Source: Bacteroidales bacterium (GTDB lineage Bacteria > Bacteroidota > Bacteroidia > Bacteroidales > WCHB1-69). Taken from it: a stretch of DNA of 64,000 nt. Positions 47,111 through 57,437 of the stretch are shown here, one piece after another. A program made the translations under genes and the position numbers. The notes beneath the pieces were generated by a model. It saw only the letters and a program-made list of their open reading frames with translations, was not told the DNA's origin and made no database searches. The stretch lies in the NCBI GenBank assembly GCA_045222555.1, contig JBGUYY010000091.1, positions 11,598-75,597 of the forward strand, written 5' to 3'. Position 1 is the first letter of the stretch; each line of letters begins with the position of its first letter.

Positions 47111-50107
47111 ATGCGAAACAAAGGTTTAGTTTTATTTTTTACCATTCTTATCTCACTCGCATGTCTTTATTGCCTCTCCTTTACCGTGGTGACGAAGAGT
47201 ATTGAGAAGTCTGCTAAGGAGTATGCCACTTCAGGAGATGCCTACGAAAAGGCTCTCAACAGCCAGATAGCGGTTTACAAGGCTGAGAACGGAAAAGCCC
47301 CTCAGGGTCTTGAGTATTCCCGCCTCGTGAACGACGTGCAGACCACCCTCGAACGCGAGTATCTCGACCGCATGAAGGACTCCTCCGTGTGGCTCGGATT
47401 CACCTATGGCCAGAGCAAAGAGAAAGAGATCAACCTCGGTCTCGACCTCCAGGGCGGTATGAGTATCACCCTTGTGGTCTCCTCACCGGAGCTCGTCGAA
47501 CAGAAGTGCAGCCGCCTCTATGCCGACTCACCCGAATTCCTCGAGCCCTTCAATGCTGCAGTGAAAGAATACAACAAGGGCGCTAACGGTACCGACTTCC
47601 TCGACATCTATGCTGAGAAGACGAAAAACCAGTCCCTCAACAAGTTCTTCGGCGGCAAGGATGAGCTGAACATGCCCAACGCCTCCAATAAGGAGATCAT
47701 CGACCGCTTCCGCGAGGAACGTGCCAATACCGTTGAGTCCACCCTCAAGATCCTCAGCAAGCGTGTGGACCGCTACGGTGTGACCCAGCCCACCATCCAG
47801 AAGGACGCTTCCGGCCGTATCGTGGTGGAACTCCCCGGCGTGAAGGATAAAGAGCGTATCGAGAACCTCCTCCAGAGCACCGCTCAGCTGGAGTTCTGGA
47901 AGGTCGTCTCCCTCACCGAGAATCATCCCGCCGCTTTCCGCAAGGCTGTCGTGGACCTCGCCCAGGAAGCTGGCGACAACAACGACCCCGAAATGCAGAA
48001 GGCCCTCACCAAAATTGCAGGCTACTGCACGGCCAACCCCTACGACCATGCTGTGATCAACATGCCGCTCGCCGACACCAGCATCACCAAGGTCAACCGT
48101 TACCTCCCCCTCATCAAAGAGAAACTCGGTGTCAACTATGTATATTATTGGACCAAGCTCGACAAGAACACCAAGATGGTCTCCCTCATCCCGCTCTCCG
48201 TGGCCAATGTCAAGGAGAATGAGGTGGTAGGCCCCGTGCTCAGCAGCAAGACCATCGGCGGCGACCGTATCATCCAGCACGCCGAGCAGAACCTCGACGA
48301 GTACCAGCGCGTGATCGTGAACATGACGATGGAAAGCCAGGCTGCCGATGAGTGGAAGAACATCACCACCGACAACAAGGGTGAGTGCATCGCCATCGTG
48401 CTCGACGAACTGGTCTATTCCTACCCGCGTATCAACGATGTTATCGCCAACGGTCGTTCCCAGATCAGCGGTAACTTCGACGTGCAGGAAGCTAAGGAGC
48501 TGGCCATCGTGCTCAACTCCGGCGGTTTGGATGTGCATCTCGACGTGATCGCCTCCGACGTGGTCGGACCCTCACTGGGTGAAAGATCCATCAAGTCAGG
48601 TCTTCTCTCCTTCGCACTGGCCTTCGTCCTCGTGCTCATTTACATGTTCTTGTACTACGACCGCGCCGGTCTCGTGGCCGACGTCGCCCTGCTCACCAAC
48701 GTCTTCTTCATGGTGGGTGTGCTCGCCTCCCTCGGTTCCGCCCTCACCCTGCCTGGTATGGCCGGTATCGTGCTAACCTTGGGTATGGCCGTTGACGCGA
48801 ACGTGCTGATTTACGAGCGTATCCGCGAAGAGGTGCGCAATGGCAAGGGTATGCGCCTCGCCGTCGCCGACGGTTACAAGAACGCCTACTCCGCCATTAT
48901 CGACGGTAACGTTACCACTCTCATCACCGGTTTCGTCCTCTATCTGGTCGGCTCCGGTCCTGTCAAGGGTTTCGCCATCACCTTGATCATCGGTATCCTC
49001 TCCTCTCTGTTCACCGCTATCTTCATCTCCCGTATGATTTTCGAGAGCAGACTTTCTCATGGCAAAACTCCGAGCTTCGGCAACAGCAAGACCCTCAACG
49101 CCTTTACCAACACGCATTTCGATTTCTTGGGTACCAAGAAAGCTTGCTACATCATCTCTGCTAGCTTGATCGGTATCGTCATCATCGCCTTCCTCACCTT
49201 CGGTATGCAGGTGGGTATCGATTTCGCCGGTGGTCGTACCTATATCGTCCAGTTCGACCATGCCCTCTCCACCGACGAGGTGCATCAGGCCGCTGAAGCC
49301 GTCACGGCTGAGTTTGGTGGCTCCCCGCAGGTCAAGACCTTCGGTTCTGCCGACCGTCTGCGTGTGCTCGTCAACTATCAGGTGGATGATCCTTCCAAGG
49401 AGATCGAGGCCAAGTGCCAAGACAAACTCTACAAGTCACTGAGCGGTCTCTATAAGGCTGAATCTCATATCAACAAGGCCAGATTTGAAGAGATTAACGA
49501 GAACGATATCGGAATCTTGAGTACCTCTCGCGTGCAGGCCGCTATGGCTCACGAGTTGATTCTCAAGGCTATCATCTCCGTGCTCATCTCCCTCGTGCTC
49601 ATCTTCATCTACATCGCCATCCGATTCCGCAACTGGCAGTTTGGTCTTGGTAGTATTCTCGTGCTCTGCCACGATACCTTGATCACTATCGGTATGTTCG
49701 CCATCTTCCGCCATGTGCTGCCGCTCGAAATCGACCAGCAGTTCATCGCCGCTGTGTTGACGGTGATCGGTTACTCTATCAACAACGTGGTGATCATCTA
49801 CGACCGTGTACGTGAGAACCTGACCCTTACCCCGAAGGCTGGCTACACTGCCAACTTCAACAATGCAGTGAACAGCACCCTCGGTCGTAACATCAACACC
49901 TGCGGTACTACCATCATGGTGTTGTTGGTCATCTTCATCATGGGCTTCTTCGGTGGTGAGAATATCCAGGGCTTCGTCTTCGCAATGCTCATGGGTATTA
50001 TCTGCGGTACATACTCCGGTATCTTCATCGCCCCGGCTATCGCACACGGCCTGCTCTCCCGTTCTTCCAAAAAAGCTAATGTCGCTAAAATCCAGCTGAC
50101 CAAATAA
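47111..50107 (+). CDS. secDF: Protein translocase subunit SecDF (fused)
   Basis: A 998-aa protein with both SecD and SecF halves: LGLDLQGG, GPSLGERSIKSG, GIDFAGGR. Confidence 0.93.
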   Translation: MRNKGLVLFFTILISLACLYCLSFTVVTKSIEKSAKEYATSGDAYEKALNSQIAVYKAENGKAPQGLEYSRLVNDVQTTLEREYLDRMKDSSVWLGFTYGQSKEKEINLGLDLQGGMSITLVVSSPELVEQKCSRLYADSPEFLEPFNAAVKEYNKGANGTDFLDIYAEKTKNQSLNKFFGGKDELNMPNASNKEIIDRFREERANTVESTLKILSKRVDRYGVTQPTIQKDASGRIVVELPGVKDKERIENLLQSTAQLEFWKVVSLTENHPAAFRKAVVDLAQEAGDNNDPEMQKALTKIAGYCTANPYDHAVINMPLADTSITKVNRYLPLIKEKLGVNYVYYWTKLDKNTKMVSLIPLSVANVKENEVVGPVLSSKTIGGDRIIQHAEQNLDEYQRVIVNMTMESQAADEWKNITTDNKGECIAIVLDELVYSYPRINDVIANGRSQISGNFDVQEAKELAIVLNSGGLDVHLDVIASDVVGPSLGERSIKSGLLSFALAFVLVLIYMFLYYDRAGLVADVALLTNVFFMVGVLASLGSALTLPGMAGIVLTLGMAVDANVLIYERIREEVRNGKGMRLAVADGYKNAYSAIIDGNVTTLITGFVLYLVGSGPVKGFAITLIIGILSSLFTAIFISRMIFESRLSHGKTPSFGNSKTLNAFTNTHFDFLGTKKACYIISASLIGIVIIAFLTFGMQVGIDFAGGRTYIVQFDHALSTDEVHQAAEAVTAEFGGSPQVKTFGSADRLRVLVNYQVDDPSKEIEAKCQDKLYKSLSGLYKAESHINKARFEEINENDIGILSTSRVQAAMAHELILKAIISVLISLVLIFIYIAIRFRNWQFGLGSILVLCHDTLITIGMFAIFRHVLPLEIDQQFIAAVLTVIGYSINNVVIIYDRVRENLTLTPKAGYTANFNNAVNSTLGRNINTCGTTIMVLLVIFIMGFFGGENIQGFVFAMLMGIICGTYSGIFIAPAIAHGLLSRSSKKANVAKIQLTK

Positions 50108-50127
50108 GACTTCAAATATTTTTTCAG

Positions 50128-50181
50128 ATTAGGTTGCTATAATTGGAAAATTTTTTCTATTTTAGCAACCTAATTTTTTTA
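50128..50181 (+). terminator. Hairpin terminator after secDF
   Basis: 12-bp stem ATTAGGTTGCTA / TAGCAACCTAAT with a long loop, followed by a T-run. Confidence 0.6.
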
Positions 50182-50199
50182 TGGGAAAAATTTTTTACT

Positions 50200-52725
50200 A
50201 TGAACATTAAAAAACTTATTGTTCTCTCCTTAAGTATTTTGTTCACAGGGATTTGCAGTGCGCAAGCTCCCGTTGTGAAAGATGCGGACAACGCTTTCAG
50301 AACTTGCAAATATGAAAAGGCTTTGCAGGAATATAAGAAGGTGACGAGTAAAATCAAGAAGAATAAGGTCGAATCGAGGCGTGTCGCTTACCAGATTGCC
50401 GAGTGTTATCGTATCATGGGAGATGTGAAACATGCCAAGAAACAGTACGAGAGTTTGTACAAGAAGAATTATCAGAAGGATAATCCGCTGATTCTTTATC
50501 ACCTTGGAAATATCTGCATCAACGATGGCGACTATGATGCCGCTTTGAAGTATTATCAGGAGTTCAAGAAGAAAGCTCCCGAGGATCCTCGCGCTGATGT
50601 GATGATTGAGTCGTGCGCCCGCGCCAAGTCGTGGAAGGAAACTCCCACCCGCTACGAGGTGTATCCCATGAAGAAACTCAACACCCGCTACGATGAGTGG
50701 GCACCGCGCTGGGGTAACCCCGACCGCAAGACGCAGATCATCTTCACCTCCAACCGCGACGGCTCCAACGGCAAGGGTACCGACCAGTGGACCGGCCAGG
50801 CGTTCTCCGACATCTATGTGTCTGAACTGCCCAAGAGCCGCAACACCGAATGGCCTGGCGATTGGTCTCCCGTGGCCTCCTACGATGACAATCAGGTCAT
50901 CAACACCGTGGTCAACGAAGGTGAAGCCTGCCCCAACCAGAAAGCTACCGCCATGTACTATACCTACTGTCCGCAGGACAAGAAAGAGGTGAAAGGCTGC
51001 TACATCTATGTCACCACCAAGAAAGGCAAAGATTGGACCGAGCCCGAAAAGGTGGAGCTGGGTGTGGATTCTTTCAACTATGTGCATCCCTTCGTTACAG
51101 GTGATGAGCTGACCCTCTTCTTCGCTTCCAACAAGCCCGGTGGTTACGGCGGATATGACCTTTACAAGGTGACCCGTAGCAAGAAATCCAAACCGTTTGC
51201 CGCTGCTGACGTGAAGAACTTGGGCAGCGTGGTGAACACCGCCGGCAATGAGGTCTTCCCCGCTCTCCGTGGCGACAGCCTCCTCTATTTCTCCTCCGAC
51301 GGTCATTACGGCTTCGGCGGTCTCGACATCTACTATTCCGAATTTGTGAACGGCCAGTACCAGACTCCCGAAAACCTGCTTTCACCTATCAACTCCGAGG
51401 CTGATGAGATTGGTATCATGTTCGATGACGCTCCGGCTATCGACCCGAAATCGAAATCTCCTTATGTTGAAAAGGGTTACTTCTCTTCCAACCGTGCCGG
51501 TGGCAAGGGTGGTGACGATATTTACTACTTCCTGCTCCGTCCGCTGGTTTACACCATCGCCGGTTTCGTGAAGGACGCCTCCAACCTCCAGCCCATCGAC
51601 GGCGCTACGGTTGAAATCGTCGGCTCCGACGGAACGACCTACAAGACCAAGACCGATGTCAAGGGTTATTATAAATTTGATAAGGATAAGATTCTCGGCA
51701 ACACCACCTACAGCATGGTCACCACCCGATCGGGTTATTATGCTGAGAACAATACTGCCAGCCAGACCACTGTGGGTTTGAGCGAAAACACCGACCTCAA
51801 GCAGGATTTCAAACTTACCCCGCTGCCGCGCGAACCTATCGTTCTTCCTGAAATTCTTTACGATTTCGACGATGCCACGCTCAAACCGCAATATCAGGAT
51901 TCCCTCCTGTTTGTGTATGACATCATGACGCAGAACCCCACCCTCGTAGTGGAACTCCGTTCCCACACTGATAACCGTGGTAATGATGATTATAATGAAA
52001 GACTTTCTCAGGATCGTGCTCAGGCTTGTGTAGATTACCTTATCAATGAGAAGGGGGTTGACAAGAACCGTATCAGTCCGAAAGGTTATGGTGAATACAT
52101 GCCGCGCGTGCTCACCAGCGACATGACGGTGACTTACAACAGAAAACAATATACCTTCAAGAAAGGTACGAAGCTGACGGAAGACTACATCAACAGCCTG
52201 TCCCCGAAGGATTATCAGGAGGCTGCCCACCAGCTCAACCGTCGTACCGAGCTCTACATCCTCCGCGACGACTATGTGCCGGGCGGCGATACCATCGCTC
52301 CGGTGGTGGATGCCGGTCAGATCAATGTGTACAGTCACAAGTCTATCCCGGTCAGCATCTCTAAGGGTGTGGTGAAGGGTGCCTGCTACGCCAACAACAA
52401 GACCTTCAACTTCGAGATGGTTCTGGGCGACACGGTCTATATGAACCATGCCGACGCTATGCGCTTCCTCAAGGATCACATCGTCTCTATCGACGATTTC
52501 GATGCTAAGGCCGCCGCTATCAATGAAGAAGATGGTCAGATTATTGAGAACTCGATCCTGACGCTGAAGAACTTCAACATGGGTGACAATGAGGCTGAGA
52601 ATGTGAAGGTGGTGGTGAAGAAAGGTCTTACCTCATCCTTCCTCGTCGGCGAGGGCTTCCTTACCCGTACCTTCGGTAACTTCACGGTTGACAAAGCTAA
52701 AAAAGTCATTATATTTGAAAAATAG
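50200..52725 (+). CDS. OmpA-family outer-membrane/periplasmic protein with TPR, TolB-like beta-propeller repeats, CarboxypepD_reg and an OmpA C-terminal domain
   Basis: ATG at 50200 gives the signal peptide MNIKKLIVLSLSILFTGICSAQ. PD40-like FSSNRAGGKGGDDIYYF. OmpA_C region ILYDFDDATL...ELRSHTDNRGNDDYNERLSQDRA. Confidence 0.8.
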   Translation: MNIKKLIVLSLSILFTGICSAQAPVVKDADNAFRTCKYEKALQEYKKVTSKIKKNKVESRRVAYQIAECYRIMGDVKHAKKQYESLYKKNYQKDNPLILYHLGNICINDGDYDAALKYYQEFKKKAPEDPRADVMIESCARAKSWKETPTRYEVYPMKKLNTRYDEWAPRWGNPDRKTQIIFTSNRDGSNGKGTDQWTGQAFSDIYVSELPKSRNTEWPGDWSPVASYDDNQVINTVVNEGEACPNQKATAMYYTYCPQDKKEVKGCYIYVTTKKGKDWTEPEKVELGVDSFNYVHPFVTGDELTLFFASNKPGGYGGYDLYKVTRSKKSKPFAAADVKNLGSVVNTAGNEVFPALRGDSLLYFSSDGHYGFGGLDIYYSEFVNGQYQTPENLLSPINSEADEIGIMFDDAPAIDPKSKSPYVEKGYFSSNRAGGKGGDDIYYFLLRPLVYTIAGFVKDASNLQPIDGATVEIVGSDGTTYKTKTDVKGYYKFDKDKILGNTTYSMVTTRSGYYAENNTASQTTVGLSENTDLKQDFKLTPLPREPIVLPEILYDFDDATLKPQYQDSLLFVYDIMTQNPTLVVELRSHTDNRGNDDYNERLSQDRAQACVDYLINEKGVDKNRISPKGYGEYMPRVLTSDMTVTYNRKQYTFKKGTKLTEDYINSLSPKDYQEAAHQLNRRTELYILRDDYVPGGDTIAPVVDAGQINVYSHKSIPVSISKGVVKGACYANNKTFNFEMVLGDTVYMNHADAMRFLKDHIVSIDDFDAKAAAINEEDGQIIENSILTLKNFNMGDNEAENVKVVVKKGLTSSFLVGEGFLTRTFGNFTVDKAKKVIIFEK

Positions 52726-53902
52726 TTTTCAAAAAGTAATTGCAATCCTTATCGTTCTTACGATAGCTGTCACTCCCACAATGGCTCAGCCTATTGTGGG
52801 AGCGGCTTTAATGGACGAGTATGTTCCCCAGCTGGAGGGGAAAAAAGTGGCTGTTTGTGGCAACCACACCTCCCTCGTGGGCACTACCCACCTGGTGGAT
52901 ACGCTGCTCTCTCTCGGCGTGAAAGTCACCAAGATTTTCTGTCCGGAACATGGCTTCCGGGGCGAGGCCGAGGCGGGCGCCAACATTCAGTCGTCCACCG
53001 ACCCGGCCACGGGTCTTCCCATCATCTCCCTCTACGGAAGCAACAAGAAACCCACGCCCGAGCAGGTCAGCGGCCTCGATGTGATTCTGTTCGACATACA
53101 GGATGTGGGCTGCCGGTTCTACACCTATATCTCAACCCTCACCTATGTGATGGAGGCTGCGGCGGAGAATGGCGTCGCTGTCATCATTCTCGACCGCCCC
53201 AACCCGAACGGTTACTTCGTGGACGGCCCCGTTCTGGATCCGAAATATCGCTCTTTCGTGGGCATGCACGCCATACCGGTGGTACACGGCATGACCATTG
53301 CCGAGTACGGACTGATGGTGAACGGCGAGGGCTGGCTGGCCGACAGCGTGCGCTGCGATCTGTCGGTGGTGAAGATGGCCTACTACGACCACACCACCCG
53401 CTACTCGCTGCCCGTTGCGCCGTCGCCCAACCTGCAGACCGATGAGGCCATTTACCTCTATCCCTCCCTCTGCCTTTTCGAGGGCACCTGCATCAGTTTG
53501 GGGCGCGGCACCGACCATCCGTTCGAGATGTACGGGCATCCCGATCTGACCGTCGGCGACTACCATTTCACCCCCCATCCCATCAAGGGCGTGTCGGAAA
53601 ATCCGCCCCTCAAAGGACGCGACTGCCGGGGCTTTTCGCTCACCGAAACCGCCCATGCTATGCTCGATTCCACCAACTGTTTCAACTTGGAGTATCTGCT
53701 GACGGCCTACCAGAATTTTCCGAACAAAGAGACCTTCTTCCTCAAAAACGGCTTCTTCAACAAGCTGGCGGGAAGTGGCGAGCTGAAGCGACAGATGGAG
53801 GCGGGTGAGAGCGCCGAGCAGATTCGGGCCTCGTGGAAGCCGCAGTTGGAGGCCTTCAAGAAAATCAGAGCTCAATATTTACTTTATCCCGATTTTGAAT
53901 AA
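52688..53902 (+). CDS. namZ: DUF1343 family protein (exo-beta-N-acetylmuramidase NamZ-like)
   Basis: GKKVAVCGNHTSLVG...CPEHGFRGEAEAG...LPIISLYG. The start is uncertain: the only in-frame starts upstream of the signal peptide are TTG at 52688 and TTG at 52715. Confidence 0.75.
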   Translation: MTKLKKSLYLKNSFQKVIAILIVLTIAVTPTMAQPIVGAALMDEYVPQLEGKKVAVCGNHTSLVGTTHLVDTLLSLGVKVTKIFCPEHGFRGEAEAGANIQSSTDPATGLPIISLYGSNKKPTPEQVSGLDVILFDIQDVGCRFYTYISTLTYVMEAAAENGVAVIILDRPNPNGYFVDGPVLDPKYRSFVGMHAIPVVHGMTIAEYGLMVNGEGWLADSVRCDLSVVKMAYYDHTTRYSLPVAPSPNLQTDEAIYLYPSLCLFEGTCISLGRGTDHPFEMYGHPDLTVGDYHFTPHPIKGVSENPPLKGRDCRGFSLTETAHAMLDSTNCFNLEYLLTAYQNFPNKETFFLKNGFFNKLAGSGELKRQMEAGESAEQIRASWKPQLEAFKKIRAQYLLYPDFE

Positions 53903-54489
53903 TGGCCTTCCCCGCTTTCGACACAGATATCTTTCTCTTTTTCAACGGGATGCACGCCCCGTGGGCCGATAAATTCTTCATTATTGTCACCAACACATGG
54001 ACGTGGTTGCCTGTTTATTTGGCTGCTATCTTCTTTATTTTCAAGAAATTCAAGAAAAAAAGCTTTTGGGTGTTGCTTACGGTGGCATTGGTGATTTTGT
54101 GTACCGACCAGACCTGTAATTTGGTGAAGCGCACGGTGCAGCGGCCTCGCCCGTCGCACACGCCCGAGTTGGCCGAAAATATCCAGCTGGTGCGGCAGTC
54201 GAATGGCGAATATTATCGGGGCGGGCACTACAGTTTTCCCTCCGGACATGCCGCCAATACGGCCGCTTTCGCGCTGTTTTTGATGCTCTTTTTCAAGGAA
54301 CAGCGTCGTTGGCTTATCCCCACGGCCATCGCCTGGAGCCTGTTGCTCTCCTACAGCCGTCTCTATTTGGGCGTGCACTACCCAATCGATATTTTCTGTG
54401 GCTGGTGCGTGGGCGTTTTCTGGGCGGTGCTACTGTCCTTCCTTTGTCTTCGTTTTTTTATCCAAAATAATCAAAATCATCATCCATGA
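53902..54489 (+). CDS. PAP2 family phosphatase (undecaprenyl-diphosphatase-like)
   Basis: KRTVQRPRP, PSGH, SRLYLGVHYPID. Confidence 0.85.
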   Translation: MAFPAFDTDIFLFFNGMHAPWADKFFIIVTNTWTWLPVYLAAIFFIFKKFKKKSFWVLLTVALVILCTDQTCNLVKRTVQRPRPSHTPELAENIQLVRQSNGEYYRGGHYSFPSGHAANTAAFALFLMLFFKEQRRWLIPTAIAWSLLLSYSRLYLGVHYPIDIFCGWCVGVFWAVLLSFLCLRFFIQNNQNHHP

Positions 54490-54854
54490 AACGACTTATC
54501 CTTTTGGCATTTGCCATCCCAGCATTCCTCTTATTTTCGTGTAATGGCGGTCCAGCCATTCCGGGTAACGATGCCTCCACAACGGGTAGCGACAGCACGG
54601 CGGTAGAGTCTGTGGAAGAGAGTGCGGGCTGCCAGGCGGTAAAGAAGCTGGTTACCGACTACAAGATGCGGGTGAATATGGCCAAGGATTGTGATGCGCT
54701 GATGTCCTGCCAGGTGAACTTCACCCGTGAGCTGGATGAAGTGTACCAACAGCATGAAGAGCTTTCAGCCGCGGAAAAGGCGAGCGTGCAAAACGACATC
54801 ACCTCATTAGGAATGCTGATCAACAAGAAAAAGACGGAGTTGGGCTGCCAGTAG
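54486..54854 (+). CDS. Hypothetical lipoprotein
   Basis: Lipobox LLFSC. ATGA overlap with the PAP2 gene. Confidence 0.55.
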   Translation: MKRLILLAFAIPAFLLFSCNGGPAIPGNDASTTGSDSTAVESVEESAGCQAVKKLVTDYKMRVNMAKDCDALMSCQVNFTRELDEVYQQHEELSAAEKASVQNDITSLGMLINKKKTELGCQ

Positions 54855-55027
54855 CCGCGGGGTAGGCGAGTGGTGTCGGTGATGAGATGGGGTTATATTA
54901 CCAGGAGATAGCCTTATTTCATTTCTCGTACATCAAACTCTCGACAAATTTTGTCTGTTATTAGTTTATGTTGTTTCGCAAGTATTAGTTTTTGACGTTG
55001 CAAAGTTGCATTTTTTTTATTCTCCCA

Positions 55028-56035
55028 TTATTTATCCCTGAATCTTTCTTCCAATTCGTGAATTTTCACCAGCAAACGGTCAAAAGTGGGTTTCTCCCCA
55101 TAGATCATGGTTTCGCACATATAGTGATAGTCTTCTTCCCAGGTCGATAGCACATTCGTTGGCGGAACCAGCATGATTTCTTTGCGAAAATCTCGGGTAT
55201 AGTCCACATTTTTAACAGATGTATAAATGCTCCGATGATGCTGGATGCTGTTCCACAAGTCATCGTCCTTTATGGCATCAACAGCGAATGTCATATCCAT
55301 CATACGCTCTAAATCATACAGATGACGAGACCGATGGTCGGCTTTGTCGGCATGTTCGTTTGCAGAAAACAGCTCATGTAACAAGCAGGCCTTCTCCAAA
55401 AATGTTTTTTTGGGTGCAGCGGTGGTTATTAGCGGATTCTGAACGGAAGTCCGTATGTTGGGGTAGTTGGTTTCTACCATACTTTGGACGTACAGCGGGA
55501 TTGTCGGCTCCATCAATGAACGCGCCCCGACTTCAAGAACTACTACATTCTTCAAATAATCGTATCGCTTTGACACAACGGATGGATACTTCACATAAAT
55601 GCGGCGTGGTTCCGGATATGTGGCATCGCCTGTGCCTTCGGGTTCGACAGAAACTTCCAAAAACTGTGACAGGTTATGTGATTGTATGACGTTCTCGAGT
55701 TTTGGAGCAAGCTGTTGTTCTACAAACAATGAAGACTCTTTGCGAAGACGCTTAATTTGCTTTTTTGTCAGGTCACCAGTGAGACCGAATAGAGCAGAGT
55801 TAACTGCAATGTCAATGTCTTCAGAAAAACGTTGAATGAGGTTGCCTGCTTTGCTCAAGGATGTGCCTCCTTTGAACAGGAAATCGTCGTGTGAATCAAG
55901 ACAGAAAAGCAATTGCAAAATGCATGTAACCCACAGGTCTTTTTCAATGGCGGCTGCAGGCAAACCGATCTGATTCTCAGTTGCATTCAGAATCAGACGT
56001 TTCTGTTCAATAGGCAGTATGTAAAAATCATTCAT
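55028..56035 (-). CDS. AbiEii/AbiGii nucleotidyltransferase toxin (type IV toxin-antitoxin system)
   Basis: FLFKGGTSLSKAGNLIQRFSEDIDIAV is the typical DUF1814 signature. Confidence 0.85.
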   Translation of the reverse strand: MNDFYILPIEQKRLILNATENQIGLPAAAIEKDLWVTCILQLLFCLDSHDDFLFKGGTSLSKAGNLIQRFSEDIDIAVNSALFGLTGDLTKKQIKRLRKESSLFVEQQLAPKLENVIQSHNLSQFLEVSVEPEGTGDATYPEPRRIYVKYPSVVSKRYDYLKNVVVLEVGARSLMEPTIPLYVQSMVETNYPNIRTSVQNPLITTAAPKKTFLEKACLLHELFSANEHADKADHRSRHLYDLERMMDMTFAVDAIKDDDLWNSIQHHRSIYTSVKNVDYTRDFRKEIMLVPPTNVLSTWEEDYHYMCETMIYGEKPTFDRLLVKIHELEERFRDK

Positions 56036-56633
56036 CGTACAGTTTGTTTATGAGTTTTCTAATCCAGACAGACATCAGTTTCAAGTCCATTTCAGATATG
56101 CGCGGTTGTTCTTGAAGCAAGTTTTTCAGGGTATTGCGCTGTTCTGTCGAGAGGTTGTCTTTGCCGATTTCTTTGAGTGCCACCGAAAGAAGTTGGGCAA
56201 AAGAGTTCTCAAAGGCGAAGTTTTTGGGCGCTGCGTGCTTGAAAAGGATTCCTCTGCCATTGCGTATTTCAATTTTACGACTTTCACCGCTGGTAAGGAA
56301 GACAGCATTCATCGGAATTTGTGTGCTGAGTCCGAGTTTGTTCACCGCATAGGCACCCGCCGGCACAATTTTTGCTTTGTCGCGTTTGGCAATGGCTTGG
56401 GCTATATCATCAAAACTGGGGTAGATAACGCCCAATCCCAATTCGGTGTCAATTTTGGGGTAACAGTAAATCCCTCTTGCCACACGAATAATAATGGACT
56501 CTTTCGTTAGCCGTTCGATGGCTTTTTGGACTGCTTCAGCTGTTCCATAGTGCGCAAAACGGGCTGGCGTAAAAGCGGTTCCCCTTCCGCATTTTCTTAA
56601 TGAATCAAATATTTTGTTCTCAATAGATTGCAT
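56028..56633 (-). CDS. AbiEi-type antitoxin (DUF6088/AbiEi_4-like)
   Basis: N-terminal wHTH-like region ...ERLTKESIIIRVARGIYCYPK. An 8-nt overlap joins it to the toxin gene. A TATTTTTG box lies upstream. Confidence 0.8.
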   Translation of the reverse strand: MQSIENKIFDSLRKCGRGTAFTPARFAHYGTAEAVQKAIERLTKESIIIRVARGIYCYPKIDTELGLGVIYPSFDDIAQAIAKRDKAKIVPAGAYAVNKLGLSTQIPMNAVFLTSGESRKIEIRNGRGILFKHAAPKNFAFENSFAQLLSVALKEIGKDNLSTEQRNTLKNLLQEQPRISEMDLKLMSVWIRKLINKLYDE

Positions 56634-56737
56634 GTAATATTTTTATAAAATATGTCGCAAAAATACAATATTTTCACGACATATTATATAATATTTTCAA
56701 AAAAAGACTATTTTCCATCTTTTCTCGCCAACGCATG

Positions 56738-57001
56738 TCATTTCCCCTTCTTCTTGAACTTCTCCCAAAATAGCGGCTCGTCATCGAATTCAAATGTGCA
56801 CCATGCTGCTCCAAGTATGCTTGTCGGTAACCAAATGTACCAAAAGCTTAAAATTTCACTCCAGGGGAGTGGCCCCATTCCTTTAGAACTAAAAAAATGA
56901 AGGGGCACTGTCAATCCTAAAATAAAGATGCAGAACATGATAGCAAATCTTATTATTCTAGTTTTGTTTTTTGGCTTCATTATTGCTGGTTTTTCATTCA
57001 T
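56738..57001 (-). CDS. Small two-TM membrane protein, hypothetical
   Basis: An 87-aa ORF with two hydrophobic helices, in the AT-rich islet. Confidence 0.4.
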   Translation of the reverse strand: MNEKPAIMKPKNKTRIIRFAIMFCIFILGLTVPLHFFSSKGMGPLPWSEILSFWYIWLPTSILGAAWCTFEFDDEPLFWEKFKKKGK

Positions 57002-57026
57002 AGTATCCGAATGAAAAAAAAGAATT

Positions 57027-57437
57027 TTACTGTAATGAGGGGGAATCGTTTGTGTACCATTTCACAACAGAATCATAAGAAAGTTCACTGTGTGAATAAT
57101 AACGCAAAACAGAGTCCAATGAAATCCCTTTCTTTTTTCTTTTGACGACTTCTTGATGATAAAATCGATAATACTCTTCTTCACCTTGCCAATTTTCGAA
57201 GTACCAAATCTCCGAATTATCATATTCCTCCTTTGTCATAATATGATCGGGTGATGTGCCTATAGTGGTATCTCCTGCTGTCAACTCATTCAAACTATCT
57301 TTATGAAGAAGTACGTTAGTGAAGGGAATACTATCTGAAACATTATTATCTGACACAGTATCTGCGTGTTTCTGACAGGAATATAGAATGGTAAAAGCAA
57401 ATACAGAAAGAATAAAAAGAGAGGTTGTTCTTTTCAT
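57027..57437 (-). CDS. Hypothetical lipoprotein
   Basis: Lipobox ILYSC, in the AT-rich islet. Confidence 0.5.
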   Translation of the reverse strand: MKRTTSLFILSVFAFTILYSCQKHADTVSDNNVSDSIPFTNVLLHKDSLNELTAGDTTIGTSPDHIMTKEEYDNSEIWYFENWQGEEEYYRFYHQEVVKRKKKGISLDSVLRYYSHSELSYDSVVKWYTNDSPSLQ

